Below the pieces are notes generated by a model, which had not been told where the DNA came from, made no database searches, and saw only the letters and a list, made by a program, of their open reading frames with translations. This document shows, piece after piece, positions 19,889 to 29,708 of a stretch of DNA of 64,000 bases (its first letter is position 1; each line of letters opens with the position of its first letter). The DNA lies in contig WJMJ01000123.1 of assembly GCA_014728035.1 (NCBI GenBank), forward strand, positions 1 to 64,000, written 5' to 3'. A program made the translations under genes and the position numbers. This stretch comes from Promethearchaeota archaeon. Its GTDB lineage: Archaea > Asgardarchaeota > Thorarchaeia > Thorarchaeales > Thorarchaeaceae.

Positions 19889-21532
19889 TTGAAAAAAGCG
19901 CCGAAGATACTAGCTCTCTCACTTGTTGTTCTCATGATTTCAGGAGTTATTCCAATGATTACAACATCAACACATGACGATACAAGTGGGATCTATGAGT
20001 TTACCCCGTCACAATTCACCCTGAATACCATTTCGACAAATATGAATGTAACTACATTTGTATCACCTGATGGTAGCAAAGATGCATTGTGGACCTTTCT
20101 GAATAGTGCACAAGAGAGTATCTATGTTGAGATTTATGGGATAAATAATCCATACATTTTGGAGCTAATCCATGATCTCCATGATACAAAACCATCTCTG
20201 GACATGAAATTTCTTCTAGGTTGGAATAGTCTCGGATATACTTCTGAAAATGATTATGTTGCCAACAATCTTACTGAATTAGGGTATGAAGTCAAATGGA
20301 CCAGCGATTCTGAGTTTACGTATGCCCATCAGAAATTTGTAATTATTGACAATGAAACCACTATAGTACATTCAGGTAACTGGGCAAAGACATCTTTCCC
20401 AGAGTCAGGTAACAAAGCAAATAGAGAATGGTCTATAGCAATGACAGATACACAGGTCACTAATTTCTACAGGTCTGTATTTGACTACGATTGGGCCAAT
20501 GGGATAGACTATGATGCTGGAACGCATGGAACTGGTTCGGCTTTGACCTATACTGGAACTAGCAGTACTTACACTAATCCTTTTGCTACTGCTGGAACAT
20601 TCAGTGGATCCATGAATGTGACACCCATTGTTAGTCCAGATACAAGCTTACAAGGTATTTTGTATTGTATAAACGCAGCTCAGGCTACTTTGGATATTCA
20701 AATTCCATACTTTACTAGTATTGGAGATGAAGGAGCTGTTGACCAAATTGTAGATGCAATAATCGAAGCGAAAGAGCGTGGTGTTACAGTACGTGTGATT
20801 TCAGAAGAAGAGAAAGACTGGATTGAAATCGAGGAGATATTTCTGGAACATGATATTCCAATAGTATGGCAAGATACTCGATGGTTTACTGCTAATCACA
20901 ATAAGGGTATCATCGTCGACGGAAGAATGGTCCTTGTTAGTAGTATCAATTATAGTGATGGTAGTGTCAGTGCAAACCGAGAGGCTGGTGTCATCATAGA
21001 GAATGAAGACGTCGCCCAATGGTACTCTGAAGTATTTGATTATGACTGGGCAATAGCAGGAGCAGAATCTCTTGATGATGTCAATGTGTATTGGACTCCA
21101 AATATCCCCCAAAGTGAAACAGAAATCAATGTAACAGTATACGGCCATGAACTGTTTGGTGATATTGATGAAGTGGAGCTGGCTATCAAGATAAACTCTG
21201 GGGCTTGGAATAATGTAACCATAACTGGAAATGTATATGAGAGTGCCGAAGAAGATCTTGAGAATTACTACTATATCATATCCGGGCAAGCTGATATGAC
21301 CAATATCACTGTTGTTGGGAAGATACGAGAAGGAACTACTTGGCACGAAGGGGTTCCCATGGTTATCAGAATACGTGATACTCTCGGATCAATCGCACCA
21401 ACTACACCGCCAGAACCTACTCTTCTAGAATTGATTATTCAAAATCTTGGTCTAATTCTTCTTGGTTCTATTGCTGTGGTGTGTGGAGGAGCTTCTTACA
21501 AGTATCGAAAACAAATACGAAAGCGACTATAA
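19889..21532 (+). CDS. Exported, C-terminally anchored phospholipase D-family protein
   Basis: Signal peptide, two HKD motifs (HQKFVIID, HNKGIIVD), beta-rich domain, C-terminal TM and basic tail. Confidence 0.88.
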   Translation: MKKAPKILALSLVVLMISGVIPMITTSTHDDTSGIYEFTPSQFTLNTISTNMNVTTFVSPDGSKDALWTFLNSAQESIYVEIYGINNPYILELIHDLHDTKPSLDMKFLLGWNSLGYTSENDYVANNLTELGYEVKWTSDSEFTYAHQKFVIIDNETTIVHSGNWAKTSFPESGNKANREWSIAMTDTQVTNFYRSVFDYDWANGIDYDAGTHGTGSALTYTGTSSTYTNPFATAGTFSGSMNVTPIVSPDTSLQGILYCINAAQATLDIQIPYFTSIGDEGAVDQIVDAIIEAKERGVTVRVISEEEKDWIEIEEIFLEHDIPIVWQDTRWFTANHNKGIIVDGRMVLVSSINYSDGSVSANREAGVIIENEDVAQWYSEVFDYDWAIAGAESLDDVNVYWTPNIPQSETEINVTVYGHELFGDIDEVELAIKINSGAWNNVTITGNVYESAEEDLENYYYIISGQADMTNITVVGKIREGTTWHEGVPMVIRIRDTLGSIAPTTPPEPTLLELIIQNLGLILLGSIAVVCGGASYKYRKQIRKRL

Positions 21533-21572
21533 CTTGTACAAATCAGTGGTGAGATATTTTGATATCTCACTA

Positions 21573-22205
21573 CTATGCCATTTTTTCATCAGAAGCGGAA
21601 TCTTCAGCATCTACTGCAAAACGTTCGCAATAATCTGCATCTCTTCTTTCTCCACGTTTTAGATGAAGACTTGCAGCGATTCGATACGCTCTTGCTACTG
21701 ATCCCCATTCCATTTTGGCATCATAACAAAGAGCAAGTGCTTTCCATGTTTCAGGTTCTTCTGAATCATATTTCAGTGCTTCATTATAAGCTTCTATCGC
21801 ATCATCGATACGTAACAAGCTCTCAAGCGATCTAGCTTTTTTAACCCAGAGGTCTGCAGATTCTGGTGCTTTTTCCAGACCACTTTCTGCAGCTGCCAGT
21901 GCATTATCGAAATCACCAACAGTAAGAAATGCCTCCGCCTTGTTTGCATAAGCTCTAGGATCATCTGGATTTGCAATGATAGCTTTGTCAAATGCTTCTA
22001 TAGCCAACATCTGATCGCCTACATGAATTTGGGTCAAACCAAGTTCGTTGAGTGCGTCAATATTGCCCGGGTCGCCTTTGAGAGCTTTCTCATAAGCTTC
22101 GATAGCTTTTTTATTTTGACCCCTCTGACGAAGAAATCTACCTTTTGATATCCATTGCTCTACAGTTTGACCATCTACTGACATACTGAAATATTCCAGT
22201 TTCAT
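21573..22205 (-). CDS. TPR protein
   Basis: Repeated A...Y/F.KAL..DP TPR units. Confidence 0.88.
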   Translation of the reverse strand: MKLEYFSMSVDGQTVEQWISKGRFLRQRGQNKKAIEAYEKALKGDPGNIDALNELGLTQIHVGDQMLAIEAFDKAIIANPDDPRAYANKAEAFLTVGDFDNALAAAESGLEKAPESADLWVKKARSLESLLRIDDAIEAYNEALKYDSEEPETWKALALCYDAKMEWGSVARAYRIAASLHLKRGERRDADYCERFAVDAEDSASDEKMA

Positions 22206-22309
22206 TGATTTAATGCTTATCCTGTTGAACTCCTCAGATTGACATGTTACACAAGTGTTTTAACATACTTCTGTTTCTTCGACATTAGCAAAGGCTGAGG
22301 AGAAATCCA

Positions 22310-22831
22310 ATGGTTTCAGAGGAATACGATGACGAAGAGTTTGAAGAAGATGATACTTTTCCAGATGCTGAGGAAGATGAATTCGAAGAAATTCGAACAT
22401 ATCATCAACCGCAGGTAGATCGGTGGAAAGTATTTTTGGCGGATCCTTATCCGATAGTGACTTTCATCTTGACTATCATTGGCATTGCATTAGTTGTTCT
22501 TATGCCACCTAACATAGATTACTTCTGGAAATGGAATCTGGTAGGTTTCTATTTTCTCATTGTAATAGTAGGTGCTGGTTCAGTCATGGCTATCAAAGCA
22601 TGGAAGATGGCAGATGGCAAAATAATCCGTTACGGTGGACTGACTAATCTATTTGTTATGATTGCATCGGCTATTATTGCACTAGCTGACATCATCGTAC
22701 AGATATCTACAGGCAATTCCATTGTTCCTGGCTTTTCAGGATCTCTTATTGGCATTGCAGGAATTATTATTCTCTTTTCAGTGTACAGTCTCTGGTTGAT
22801 TCAACGAGTAGTTACATCTGAAGGCAGGTAA
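22310..22831 (+). CDS. 4-TM membrane protein with acidic N-terminus
   Basis: Acidic first 30 aa, four hydrophobic helices, SD GAGGAG. Confidence 0.75.
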   Translation: MVSEEYDDEEFEEDDTFPDAEEDEFEEIRTYHQPQVDRWKVFLADPYPIVTFILTIIGIALVVLMPPNIDYFWKWNLVGFYFLIVIVGAGSVMAIKAWKMADGKIIRYGGLTNLFVMIASAIIALADIIVQISTGNSIVPGFSGSLIGIAGIIILFSVYSLWLIQRVVTSEGR

Positions 22832-22837
22832 TTTCCT

Positions 22838-23209
22838 TTGTCGGATGAAGGTACCAGTCTTGAAGACCTACAAAGAATAATCCGAAATTTTGTTCAGGAA
22901 CGAGGCTGGGAATCTTTTCATCGTCCTACCGCTTTAGCGATTTCTGCAGCTATTGAAATTGGAGAATTGCTTGAAATTTTTCAATGGCGTACAGATAAAG
23001 AAGTAGCTGAAATTATGCGGAATCCATCTTTTCAGGAATCTGTTTCTGATGAGATTGCTGACATTATCATTTACCTGTTGCGACTAGCAGATACATTAGA
23101 AATATCACTTTCTCAAGCGATTCAGCAAAAAATGAAGAAAAACGAAACAAAATATCCTGCAAAGAAATGGGCTGGTAGAACGCCGCATCATTCACCTCCT
23201 TTTGACTAA
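22838..23209 (+). CDS. MazG-like dCTP pyrophosphatase (DCTPP1/RS21-C6 family)
   Basis: ERGWESFH.P, EIGELLEIFQW, DEIADI, KNETKYP. Confidence 0.88.
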   Translation: MSDEGTSLEDLQRIIRNFVQERGWESFHRPTALAISAAIEIGELLEIFQWRTDKEVAEIMRNPSFQESVSDEIADIIIYLLRLADTLEISLSQAIQQKMKKNETKYPAKKWAGRTPHHSPPFD

Positions 23210-24004
23210 CCTTTCATAGAGTTCAGGTGTTCTATCACGTAACACATGATTTCGCTTAGTTATCATCTTATTATCCGCTTCTTCTAGATCAATGTCATGA
23301 TAAACAATAGAAACCTCGTTTTCTCCTAATCTACAGAGAATTTCTCCTTTGGGACTGACGATTTGTGAATTTCCTGAAAAATGGAGACCACGTTCCTTAC
23401 CTATTCTATTTGCAGTTACTGCGAAAATATGATTTTCAATGCATCTTGTAATCATTGCATTTTGACAATAAGGCAATACAAGGTTGGCTGGGTGCAATAT
23501 GACTTGTGCATCCTTCAGAGCTAGAATTCTGGCAATCTCTGGAAATGCCCAATCAAAACATATCATAATTCCATAATGGTGATTGTTAAATTCCACTACC
23601 GGCGGTTCTTTACGACCCGGCTCAAACCACTCTACCTCTTGATTAAAGAGATTGACTTTTCGATATATTGTTCTAAGTTCACCATTTGCGAAAACTACTG
23701 CTGAATTATAGATAGAGGTTTCATATGCTTCACAGATTCCAGCTATTACCATTCTGTCATTTAGTGACCATTTCTTTAGAATTTGACAAAATTCGCTATT
23801 TGGCACTTCTTCTGCTACCAGTCGAACTTCTAGTCCACTTTGAAATGCATAGCCAGAATTTGCTAACTCTGGTAAAACTAGGACATCAACCTCACTTTTT
23901 GCAGCACGCTCTAACATCTCATTTGTTCGAGCAATGTTTTCCGCCTTATCTAGTAGTACTGGTTGCATCTGACCGATTCCAATTCTCACCATATTATTAC
24001 ACAT
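23192..24004 (-). CDS. Carbon-nitrogen hydrolase (nitrilase superfamily)
   Basis: LPEL, YRK, ICFD.AFPE triad motifs. Confidence 0.9.
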   Translation of the reverse strand: MCNNMVRIGIGQMQPVLLDKAENIARTNEMLERAAKSEVDVLVLPELANSGYAFQSGLEVRLVAEEVPNSEFCQILKKWSLNDRMVIAGICEAYETSIYNSAVVFANGELRTIYRKVNLFNQEVEWFEPGRKEPPVVEFNNHHYGIMICFDWAFPEIARILALKDAQVILHPANLVLPYCQNAMITRCIENHIFAVTANRIGKERGLHFSGNSQIVSPKGEILCRLGENEVSIVYHDIDLEEADNKMITKRNHVLRDRTPELYERLVKRR

Positions 24005-24096
24005 CTTTCAGATTCTTTGTGTTTCTACTACCTCTTTGCTTCTTATCCGAAAGAAAAATAACGTTTTCCTCGATACTTTTTTTGAGGTTGAAGGTC

Positions 24097-24186
24097 TTGT
24101 CGTCAGAAGAGGAATTCGATGATTATGATGATTGGCCAGAGGAATTCTGGGACGATGATGTAGAGGACGATTATGATGATTGGTGA
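24097..24186 (+). CDS. Acidic Trp-containing microprotein 1 (29 aa, MSSEEEFDDYDDWPEEFWDDDVEDDYDDW)
   Basis: SD-like GAGGT at 24084-24088, TTG start, D/E/W/Y/F-dominated frame, TGA stop; similar peptide at 25320. Confidence 0.6.
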   Translation: MSSEEEFDDYDDWPEEFWDDDVEDDYDDW

Positions 24187-25025
24187 TCAGCTGTAGTAGA
24201 TTCATCTATTTCTCTAATTTCTACCATCTCTCTCATACCTTGACGGTGCTCAGAGATTGCCCGCCTGGTTAGCAACATAATATTGTACACTTTTCGCAAT
24301 TGTTTTTCACAACTATATTTCCATACCGCTCTAATAATTTCACAAGTTGCTTTACGTTGATTATATCGTGTTGATAGACTTTGGTATCTTGCTTTCAATC
24401 TCTTAGGTGTGATTAATGGATTATCGATATCTTTCTTTAGCTTCTTGAATTTATCAATGAGCATATCTGTTTCAGTTTTTATCATGTCTTCCAATATTCT
24501 CTCAACTAGACTCTGACTCCGTGGTCCTGAAAGTTTAAGTTTCCCCCATCGTGCTACATTAGCTCCAAACTCTACCATCTTTGAAGCAAACTCCTGAGCG
24601 GTATATAATTGAGCTTTGTTTTTTGATTTGTAAATTCTTATCATTTCTTTAGATTTGAGATGTGGAAATAGTAATACTCCTGGACGAATCCGAATGCAAG
24701 GTGATCGGCGAATTAACCTTTGAGTTCTTTTTTTCTGCTGGGCTGTGGGATTTCTAAAATTGTATACTACAAGAGTATAGGTTCGTTTCAGAAGATCTTC
24801 GGTTTTTGTTATTTTAATGCTGGGAATTTCTTTTGTTCGTTTCAATGCAATGTGCGGAATGTCTTGAAAATACGGTCTATATTTTTGTGGGCTTCCAAAT
24901 ATTCTGTATACCCCTTGCACTTTTCTTTCAATTTTGTCTGTCTGAGGTATATTTAGACGCTGTTCCAATTTTCCAGCTATGACAATAACATGTACAGAAG
25001 TAGGTGCCATTTTACTCCCTGTCAT
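24171..25025 (-). CDS. Basic protein with ChrB-N/PaaX-middle/Cas2-like domain plus helical C-terminus
   Basis: TLVVYNFRNPTAQQKKRTQRLIRRSPCIRIRPGVLLFP matches the hhhYxh..R..h.R.L...G...h..SVhhhP pattern; very K/R-rich. Confidence 0.55.
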   Translation of the reverse strand: MTGSKMAPTSVHVIVIAGKLEQRLNIPQTDKIERKVQGVYRIFGSPQKYRPYFQDIPHIALKRTKEIPSIKITKTEDLLKRTYTLVVYNFRNPTAQQKKRTQRLIRRSPCIRIRPGVLLFPHLKSKEMIRIYKSKNKAQLYTAQEFASKMVEFGANVARWGKLKLSGPRSQSLVERILEDMIKTETDMLIDKFKKLKKDIDNPLITPKRLKARYQSLSTRYNQRKATCEIIRAVWKYSCEKQLRKVYNIMLLTRRAISEHRQGMREMVEIREIDESTTADHQSS

Positions 25026-25319
25026 CTACACATCTTTCTCCTATTTTATTCCTGTATTTAGTATTAATCTCGTATTATTACTTTGACTGTAAACAAAATG
25101 AAAGTGACACGGTCGAATTCTGTTATTCCGTCTATTTATTATCTTTTTGCTAATCTATTCTCATCAACTCATTGACAGGATTATGATATTGCTTTTTTAC
25201 AGATATAAAGACCCCATAATCCCTTATTACTCATTTACTGTCTATATTTGATTTATAATTCTCTAGCGTAAATTTAACTCTTATTTTACTTCTTGAATTT
25301 TTGAGGTGAAAAATCCAAA

Positions 25320-25415
25320 ATGAAACCATATCGCGACGAAGATGATTGGGAAGAAGATGACGAAGAAGATTGGGAAGATGATGATTGGGAAGATGATGAT
25401 GACGACGATTGGTAA
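25320..25415 (+). CDS. Acidic Trp-repeat microprotein 2 (31 aa, MKPYRDEDDWEEDDEEDWEDDDWEDDDDDDW)
   Basis: Strong SD GAGGTGA at 25303-25309, ATG, TAA, downstream hairpin; absent from the ORF track. Confidence 0.7.
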   Translation: MKPYRDEDDWEEDDEEDWEDDDWEDDDDDDW

Positions 25416-25444
25416 CCATTCCTAATCTCTGACCCACAATCAGA

Positions 25445-25470
25445 AACGGGTCATCTGTGAAAGACCCGTT
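25445..25470 (+). terminator. Hairpin after microprotein 2
   Basis: AACGGGTC...GACCCGTT followed by T-rich sequence. Confidence 0.5.
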
Positions 25471-25695
25471 CAACTTTATTGTTTTTCTAGAATCCAAAAT
25501 CTTTGAACTTCTTTATTTACTCAGATTATCCAGAAAAATGGTAGATTCCTTTAGTATCGAATACCTGCTATGTTATGATGGTTTCACGAACTTCAGACCT
25601 AAGATCTTTGTTTTTTATCGAATTATCCTATTCCGTAACAGGTAAATAATATCTTAATCATTGTTAACTATTGAAATAAGAAGAAGAGGAACAGA

Positions 25696-26415
25696 ATGAA
25701 AGACGCTAGAGAAAGACCAACTGAAAGCAATCCCCAGAAGGTCAAAGTGCTAATGACCGAATTTGTCACTCACGACGTGAAACGATTTATTGTAGAGAAA
25801 CCAAAAGATTACTCCTTTATTCCAGGTCAAGCTAACTTGGTCTCATTAAATAATGATCAATGGGATGATGAGCTACGTCCCTTTACATTTACTTCTCTCA
25901 ATGAAGATGAAGTTTTAGAATTTACTGTCAAAACCTACCCCTCTCATGATGGTGTCACCACACGACTACATGATTTAGAACCTGGAGATGAGCTTGTCAT
26001 AAGAGACCCTTTTGGAACCATTATCTATGAAGAACCCGGATATTTCATAGCCGCTGGAGCTGGAATAACTCCCTTCATAGCAATATTCAGACATCTGAGA
26101 AATCACGGCAGAATAAAGGATAACTTTTTGATTTTCTCAAACAAGACAAGGAAGGATGTAATTTTGGAGAAGGAGCTTAAAGAGTTCTTCAATGAACACC
26201 TAATACTCACTTTAACTCAAGAGAAATTATCTGGATATGAACATGGACGAATTGACAAAGATTTCCTTCAAAAATATCTCAAGGATCCAAATCGAACCGT
26301 GTATATCTGTGGCCCATCCGGGTTTTTGAAAGCAATGAAATCTGCAGTTGAAGAACTTGGTTTTCCAGAAAAGAAAATCGTCTTGGAGAAATTTGTCTGG
26401 ATGGACATTCAATAA
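25696..26415 (+). CDS. FNR-family FAD/NAD(P)H oxidoreductase
   Basis: RPFTFTS, GVT, AAGAGITPF, YICGP, EKF. Confidence 0.88.
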   Translation: MKDARERPTESNPQKVKVLMTEFVTHDVKRFIVEKPKDYSFIPGQANLVSLNNDQWDDELRPFTFTSLNEDEVLEFTVKTYPSHDGVTTRLHDLEPGDELVIRDPFGTIIYEEPGYFIAAGAGITPFIAIFRHLRNHGRIKDNFLIFSNKTRKDVILEKELKEFFNEHLILTLTQEKLSGYEHGRIDKDFLQKYLKDPNRTVYICGPSGFLKAMKSAVEELGFPEKKIVLEKFVWMDIQ

Positions 26416-26467
26416 TTGTAGAAAGTAAGATACGAGTCCGTTTCAACGGACTCCTTTTCAATATGTC

Positions 26468-27328
26468 CTAAAACAGACCATTCTTCATAGCAGTCTGACA
26501 GTCACAACTTGCATCCTGTGGAATGTTATCAATCATAGCGAAAGTTAGTTTTCGTACTCTCTCTACATTCTTTGACATGGTCTTGAGAACCATTTCGTGA
26601 GTGACATGCTCTTCTGCGTGAACATCATAATCTGTAGGCATTGAAATATTGACAAAACAAATTCCTGCTTCTCGTGCAAGGGCAGCTTCAGGATATGCGG
26701 TCATACCAATGACTTCCCATCCCTGATTATGGAAGAACATTGATTCTGCGCGAGTTGAGAATCGTGGTCCATTAATACAGACATATGTTCCTTTCTCGTG
26801 AACTTTGAATTCCAGAGAATCTGCAGTATCTTTGGCTACTTTTCGTAATTCTGGGCAGAATGGTTCAGCAAACGGGAGATGTCCCACAGGACCTCCTTCA
26901 AAGAATGTATCCTTCCGTTGTCCAAATGTCCGATCAAATATCTGGTCTGCAATGACAAACTCTCCAAGTTTGATCTTTTCTGGTTGCAGACTCCCACATG
27001 CAGCTGGACTGATAATACGTTTGACTCCAAGAGCTTTCATTCCCCATAAGTTAGCTTGGTAATTAATCTGATGAGGAAGAATAGTATGACCTCTCGCATG
27101 TCTTGCAAGAAACACAAAGCTTCTACCTTTCACTTTACCAAGGATAAAGTGATCGGAAGCTGCTCCGTACGGTGTGAAAACCTTGACCTCTGCAGGATCT
27201 TCAATTACTGTTGGGTCATAATTTCCACTTCCTCCAAACATTCCTATCTCAATAGGAAGAAGACTCTCTATGTATTCTTTCTGTGCTCTATCTATCGGCA
27301 CAAGATCAAGTTTAGTCTCAAATGCCAT
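26468..27328 (-). CDS. mtnP: S-methyl-5'-thioadenosine phosphorylase
   Basis: GGSG, TPYG, RH..GH...PH, GPRFSTRAES, GMT..PEA.LARE, TDYD. Confidence 0.88.
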   Translation of the reverse strand: MAFETKLDLVPIDRAQKEYIESLLPIEIGMFGGSGNYDPTVIEDPAEVKVFTPYGAASDHFILGKVKGRSFVFLARHARGHTILPHQINYQANLWGMKALGVKRIISPAACGSLQPEKIKLGEFVIADQIFDRTFGQRKDTFFEGGPVGHLPFAEPFCPELRKVAKDTADSLEFKVHEKGTYVCINGPRFSTRAESMFFHNQGWEVIGMTAYPEAALAREAGICFVNISMPTDYDVHAEEHVTHEMVLKTMSKNVERVRKLTFAMIDNIPQDASCDCQTAMKNGLF

Positions 27329-27448
27329 TTCATTTCAACTCTTATGGCTCTAATCTATCTGCATTTCAGACTATCTTACATTTATAGATACTGACTGAAT
27401 AGCAAAATAAAAAGGAAAGTACTCCAGATGCTATTTCTGGAGTTATAA

Positions 27449-28117
27449 TTACTTTTTAAGCTTCCACACTTTGTCCTGAGGGTACTCAATTTTCTCTAAA
27501 TATCCCATGTGAGCTTTAACTTTTGACAGCTGTTCATCAGAGAGAACAATGTTGTTGTATTCTCGTAAGTGTTTCTTCAGCTGTTGAGTGGTCAACTCTT
27601 TAGCCTTTTCACCCTCAAAAATCTTCATTATGAGTGCTGTAAGATCTTCATAGAAGTTCCACGGCCATATTTCCCATGCCCAAGTGACTTCAACTCCATA
27701 GTAGTCGGGAATGAATTTTGAACCTGCAATGTGCATAAGTGTTGCAGTTCGAATTTCTGCAGGTTTGCCAGTTTCCTCAATATGTTTAACAGCCATTGTT
27801 AGGCTCTCACCAGTATCAGTGATATCGTCAACCACCAATACTTTCTTTCCTTCGACATCACCTACTAAAGGACACGTGAGTTTGGCTTTCCCATCTTTTG
27901 TAGCCGTAACACCCCAGTGATCTACCTTTACACTGAATAGATCCTTTACACCCAGAAGGTCACATTGAATTCTCGCATGAACCCAACCTCCACGAGCGAT
28001 TCCTATAATTGCATCTGGACGCCAATCAGAATCCTTTATCTTTTTAGCAGTTTGATATGCATAGTTTGCAATATCATCATAATCGAGCACATAGCAGAGA
28101 GGTCCCTTAAGTTCCAT
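27449..28117 (-). CDS. Purine phosphoribosyltransferase (archaeal Hpt/Gpt-like)
   Basis: IARGG, VLVVDDITDTGESL, PDYY, W..WPW. Confidence 0.88.
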   Translation of the reverse strand: MELKGPLCYVLDYDDIANYAYQTAKKIKDSDWRPDAIIGIARGGWVHARIQCDLLGVKDLFSVKVDHWGVTATKDGKAKLTCPLVGDVEGKKVLVVDDITDTGESLTMAVKHIEETGKPAEIRTATLMHIAGSKFIPDYYGVEVTWAWEIWPWNFYEDLTALIMKIFEGEKAKELTTQQLKKHLREYNNIVLSDEQLSKVKAHMGYLEKIEYPQDKVWKLKK

Positions 28118-28223
28118 AGGGATTTCACCATGTCTTCGGCCAGTTCTTTTCGTTAAAAGTTTGTCCCCAGCTCAATAAATTATCTATTTCCTGTAACTAA
28201 CATTTGATTAGTGTTCTTTCCAA

Positions 28224-28766
28224 ATGTTAGCCATGAAAACTGCTACGCTTGGAGGCGGCTGCTTTTGGTGTGTTGAAGCAGTCTATCAACAATTGAAAGG
28301 AATCAAAAGAGTAGTATCTGGATATGCTGGAGGTGCTATTGAAAATCCCTCTTATGAACAAGTAGTAACTGGAACGACTGGGCATGCAGAGGTGACTCAG
28401 ATTACTTATGATCCTGATGTAATAACATACAAAGAGATTCTTGAGGTATTTTTCGCAGCACATGACCCAACTACGCTAAATCGTCAAGGAAATGATGTAG
28501 GTACACAATATCGTTCAATTATTCTATATCACAACGATGAGCAAAAACAAATAGCTAAAGATATGATTGACAATTTGCAAGAATCTGGAAAGTTCAAGAA
28601 TTCTATTGTAACAGAATTGGTTCCGTTTGAGAAATTCTATCCAGCAGAAGACTATCATCAAAACTACTACAGAAGAAATCGGAATCAAGGGTACTGCAGA
28701 TTTGTTATTGATCCGAAGATTTCAAAGGTAAAGAGAGAATTCAAACTCATGTTACACGATTCTTGA
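28224..28766 (+). CDS. msrA: Peptide methionine sulfoxide reductase A
   Basis: [27 protein letters not shown]. Confidence 0.95.
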   Translation: MLAMKTATLGGGCFWCVEAVYQQLKGIKRVVSGYAGGAIENPSYEQVVTGTTGHAEVTQITYDPDVITYKEILEVFFAAHDPTTLNRQGNDVGTQYRSIILYHNDEQKQIAKDMIDNLQESGKFKNSIVTELVPFEKFYPAEDYHQNYYRRNRNQGYCRFVIDPKISKVKREFKLMLHDS

Positions 28767-29600
28767 GAAGAGTTTGAGGGAGTCAAACTTACCTGGAGTG
28801 AATGAAATATCTACTTGAAGGATATCTCCACTCTTTACCTCTATTGCTTCTCTAAATGGAAGGAATAACTCTCTCCATCCATCTTCCATCCGCAATGTTA
28901 TTTCGGGAACAAGATTGGCTTCGAACATTCCGACAATCCCATGAAGGACTCCCTCTTCGTCTATTTCAAACTCTTGAGTTTTTTTAATTACCATCTCCTC
29001 TTGCCCATTTTGGAGATTGAATTCAGCTAATTTTTGCAAGTCTGAGAGGTCTCTAACAGCTTCTTTGCTAGTGGTTTGTGGTACTCTGGGAAAAACAATA
29101 TCCTCTACAATGAATCTGTTCCAATGGAAAAAACTCTCCACTGGAGTAATAAAGATCGAAACGTTCGAGGGTAATAAATAACCGTCATCTTTCAGCATGT
29201 TCTTGATAATTGCTTTGCTAGCTGGTATTTGTTGTTCTATTAGAAGCATTGATGAAAGCATTTCACACATAACCACATCTGCTTTTTCAGCAGGGATAAA
29301 ATCATCAAAATGTGAGTTTACAAAATCGATTCTATCAGCCACATTGTTTCTTTCTGCACTCTTTTTAGCGTATTCTAGTGATTCCGCATTGATATCAATT
29401 GCAGTTACTTTTCTAGCTCCTTTTTTTGCAGCAAGAATTGCCAATATCCCTGAACCTGTCCCTACATCGATACAAAATGAATTTCGTGTTACTACCCGTT
29501 CAATAGCTTGTCTAAACTTCTTTATTCGTGTAGTGTGTGTAAGGAGACTTATTGCATGCAACATCGAAAATGGAGTAACATATCGAGTCAAGAGTATCAC
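28752..29600 (-). CDS. PRMT-like SAM-dependent methyltransferase
   Basis: [26 protein letters not shown] (double-E loop), [10 protein letters not shown]-terminal beta-barrel with W.ELFLP. Confidence 0.75.
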   Translation of the reverse strand: MILLTRYVTPFSMLHAISLLTHTTRIKKFRQAIERVVTRNSFCIDVGTGSGILAILAAKKGARKVTAIDINAESLEYAKKSAERNNVADRIDFVNSHFDDFIPAEKADVVMCEMLSSMLLIEQQIPASKAIIKNMLKDDGYLLPSNVSIFITPVESFFHWNRFIVEDIVFPRVPQTTSKEAVRDLSDLQKLAEFNLQNGQEEMVIKKTQEFEIDEEGVLHGIVGMFEANLVPEITLRMEDGWRELFLPFREAIEVKSGDILQVDISFTPGKFDSLKLFSRIV

Positions 29601-29708
29601 ACCACATCATTTTGCCATATCGTATGGTACTTATAATAAAAATGTGGTTTTCACCTTGAAGTAGTAATCACATCATACTGCAGCTGGATTCGAGGAGACA
29701 AAAACGAT

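Noticed and set aside
23725-24096. 153-aa ORF 23725-24186 as a real gene
   Set aside because: Mostly antisense to the nitrilase; only the last 29 codons look coding.
25336-25412. GATTGGGAAGA repeats as a CRISPR array or VNTR
   Set aside because: Units are about 11 nt, in frame, with no unique spacers; explained by the D/E/W peptide.
25231-25497. His/Pro-rich minus ORFs (also 24008-24205)
   Set aside because: Antisense shadows of the acidic peptides.
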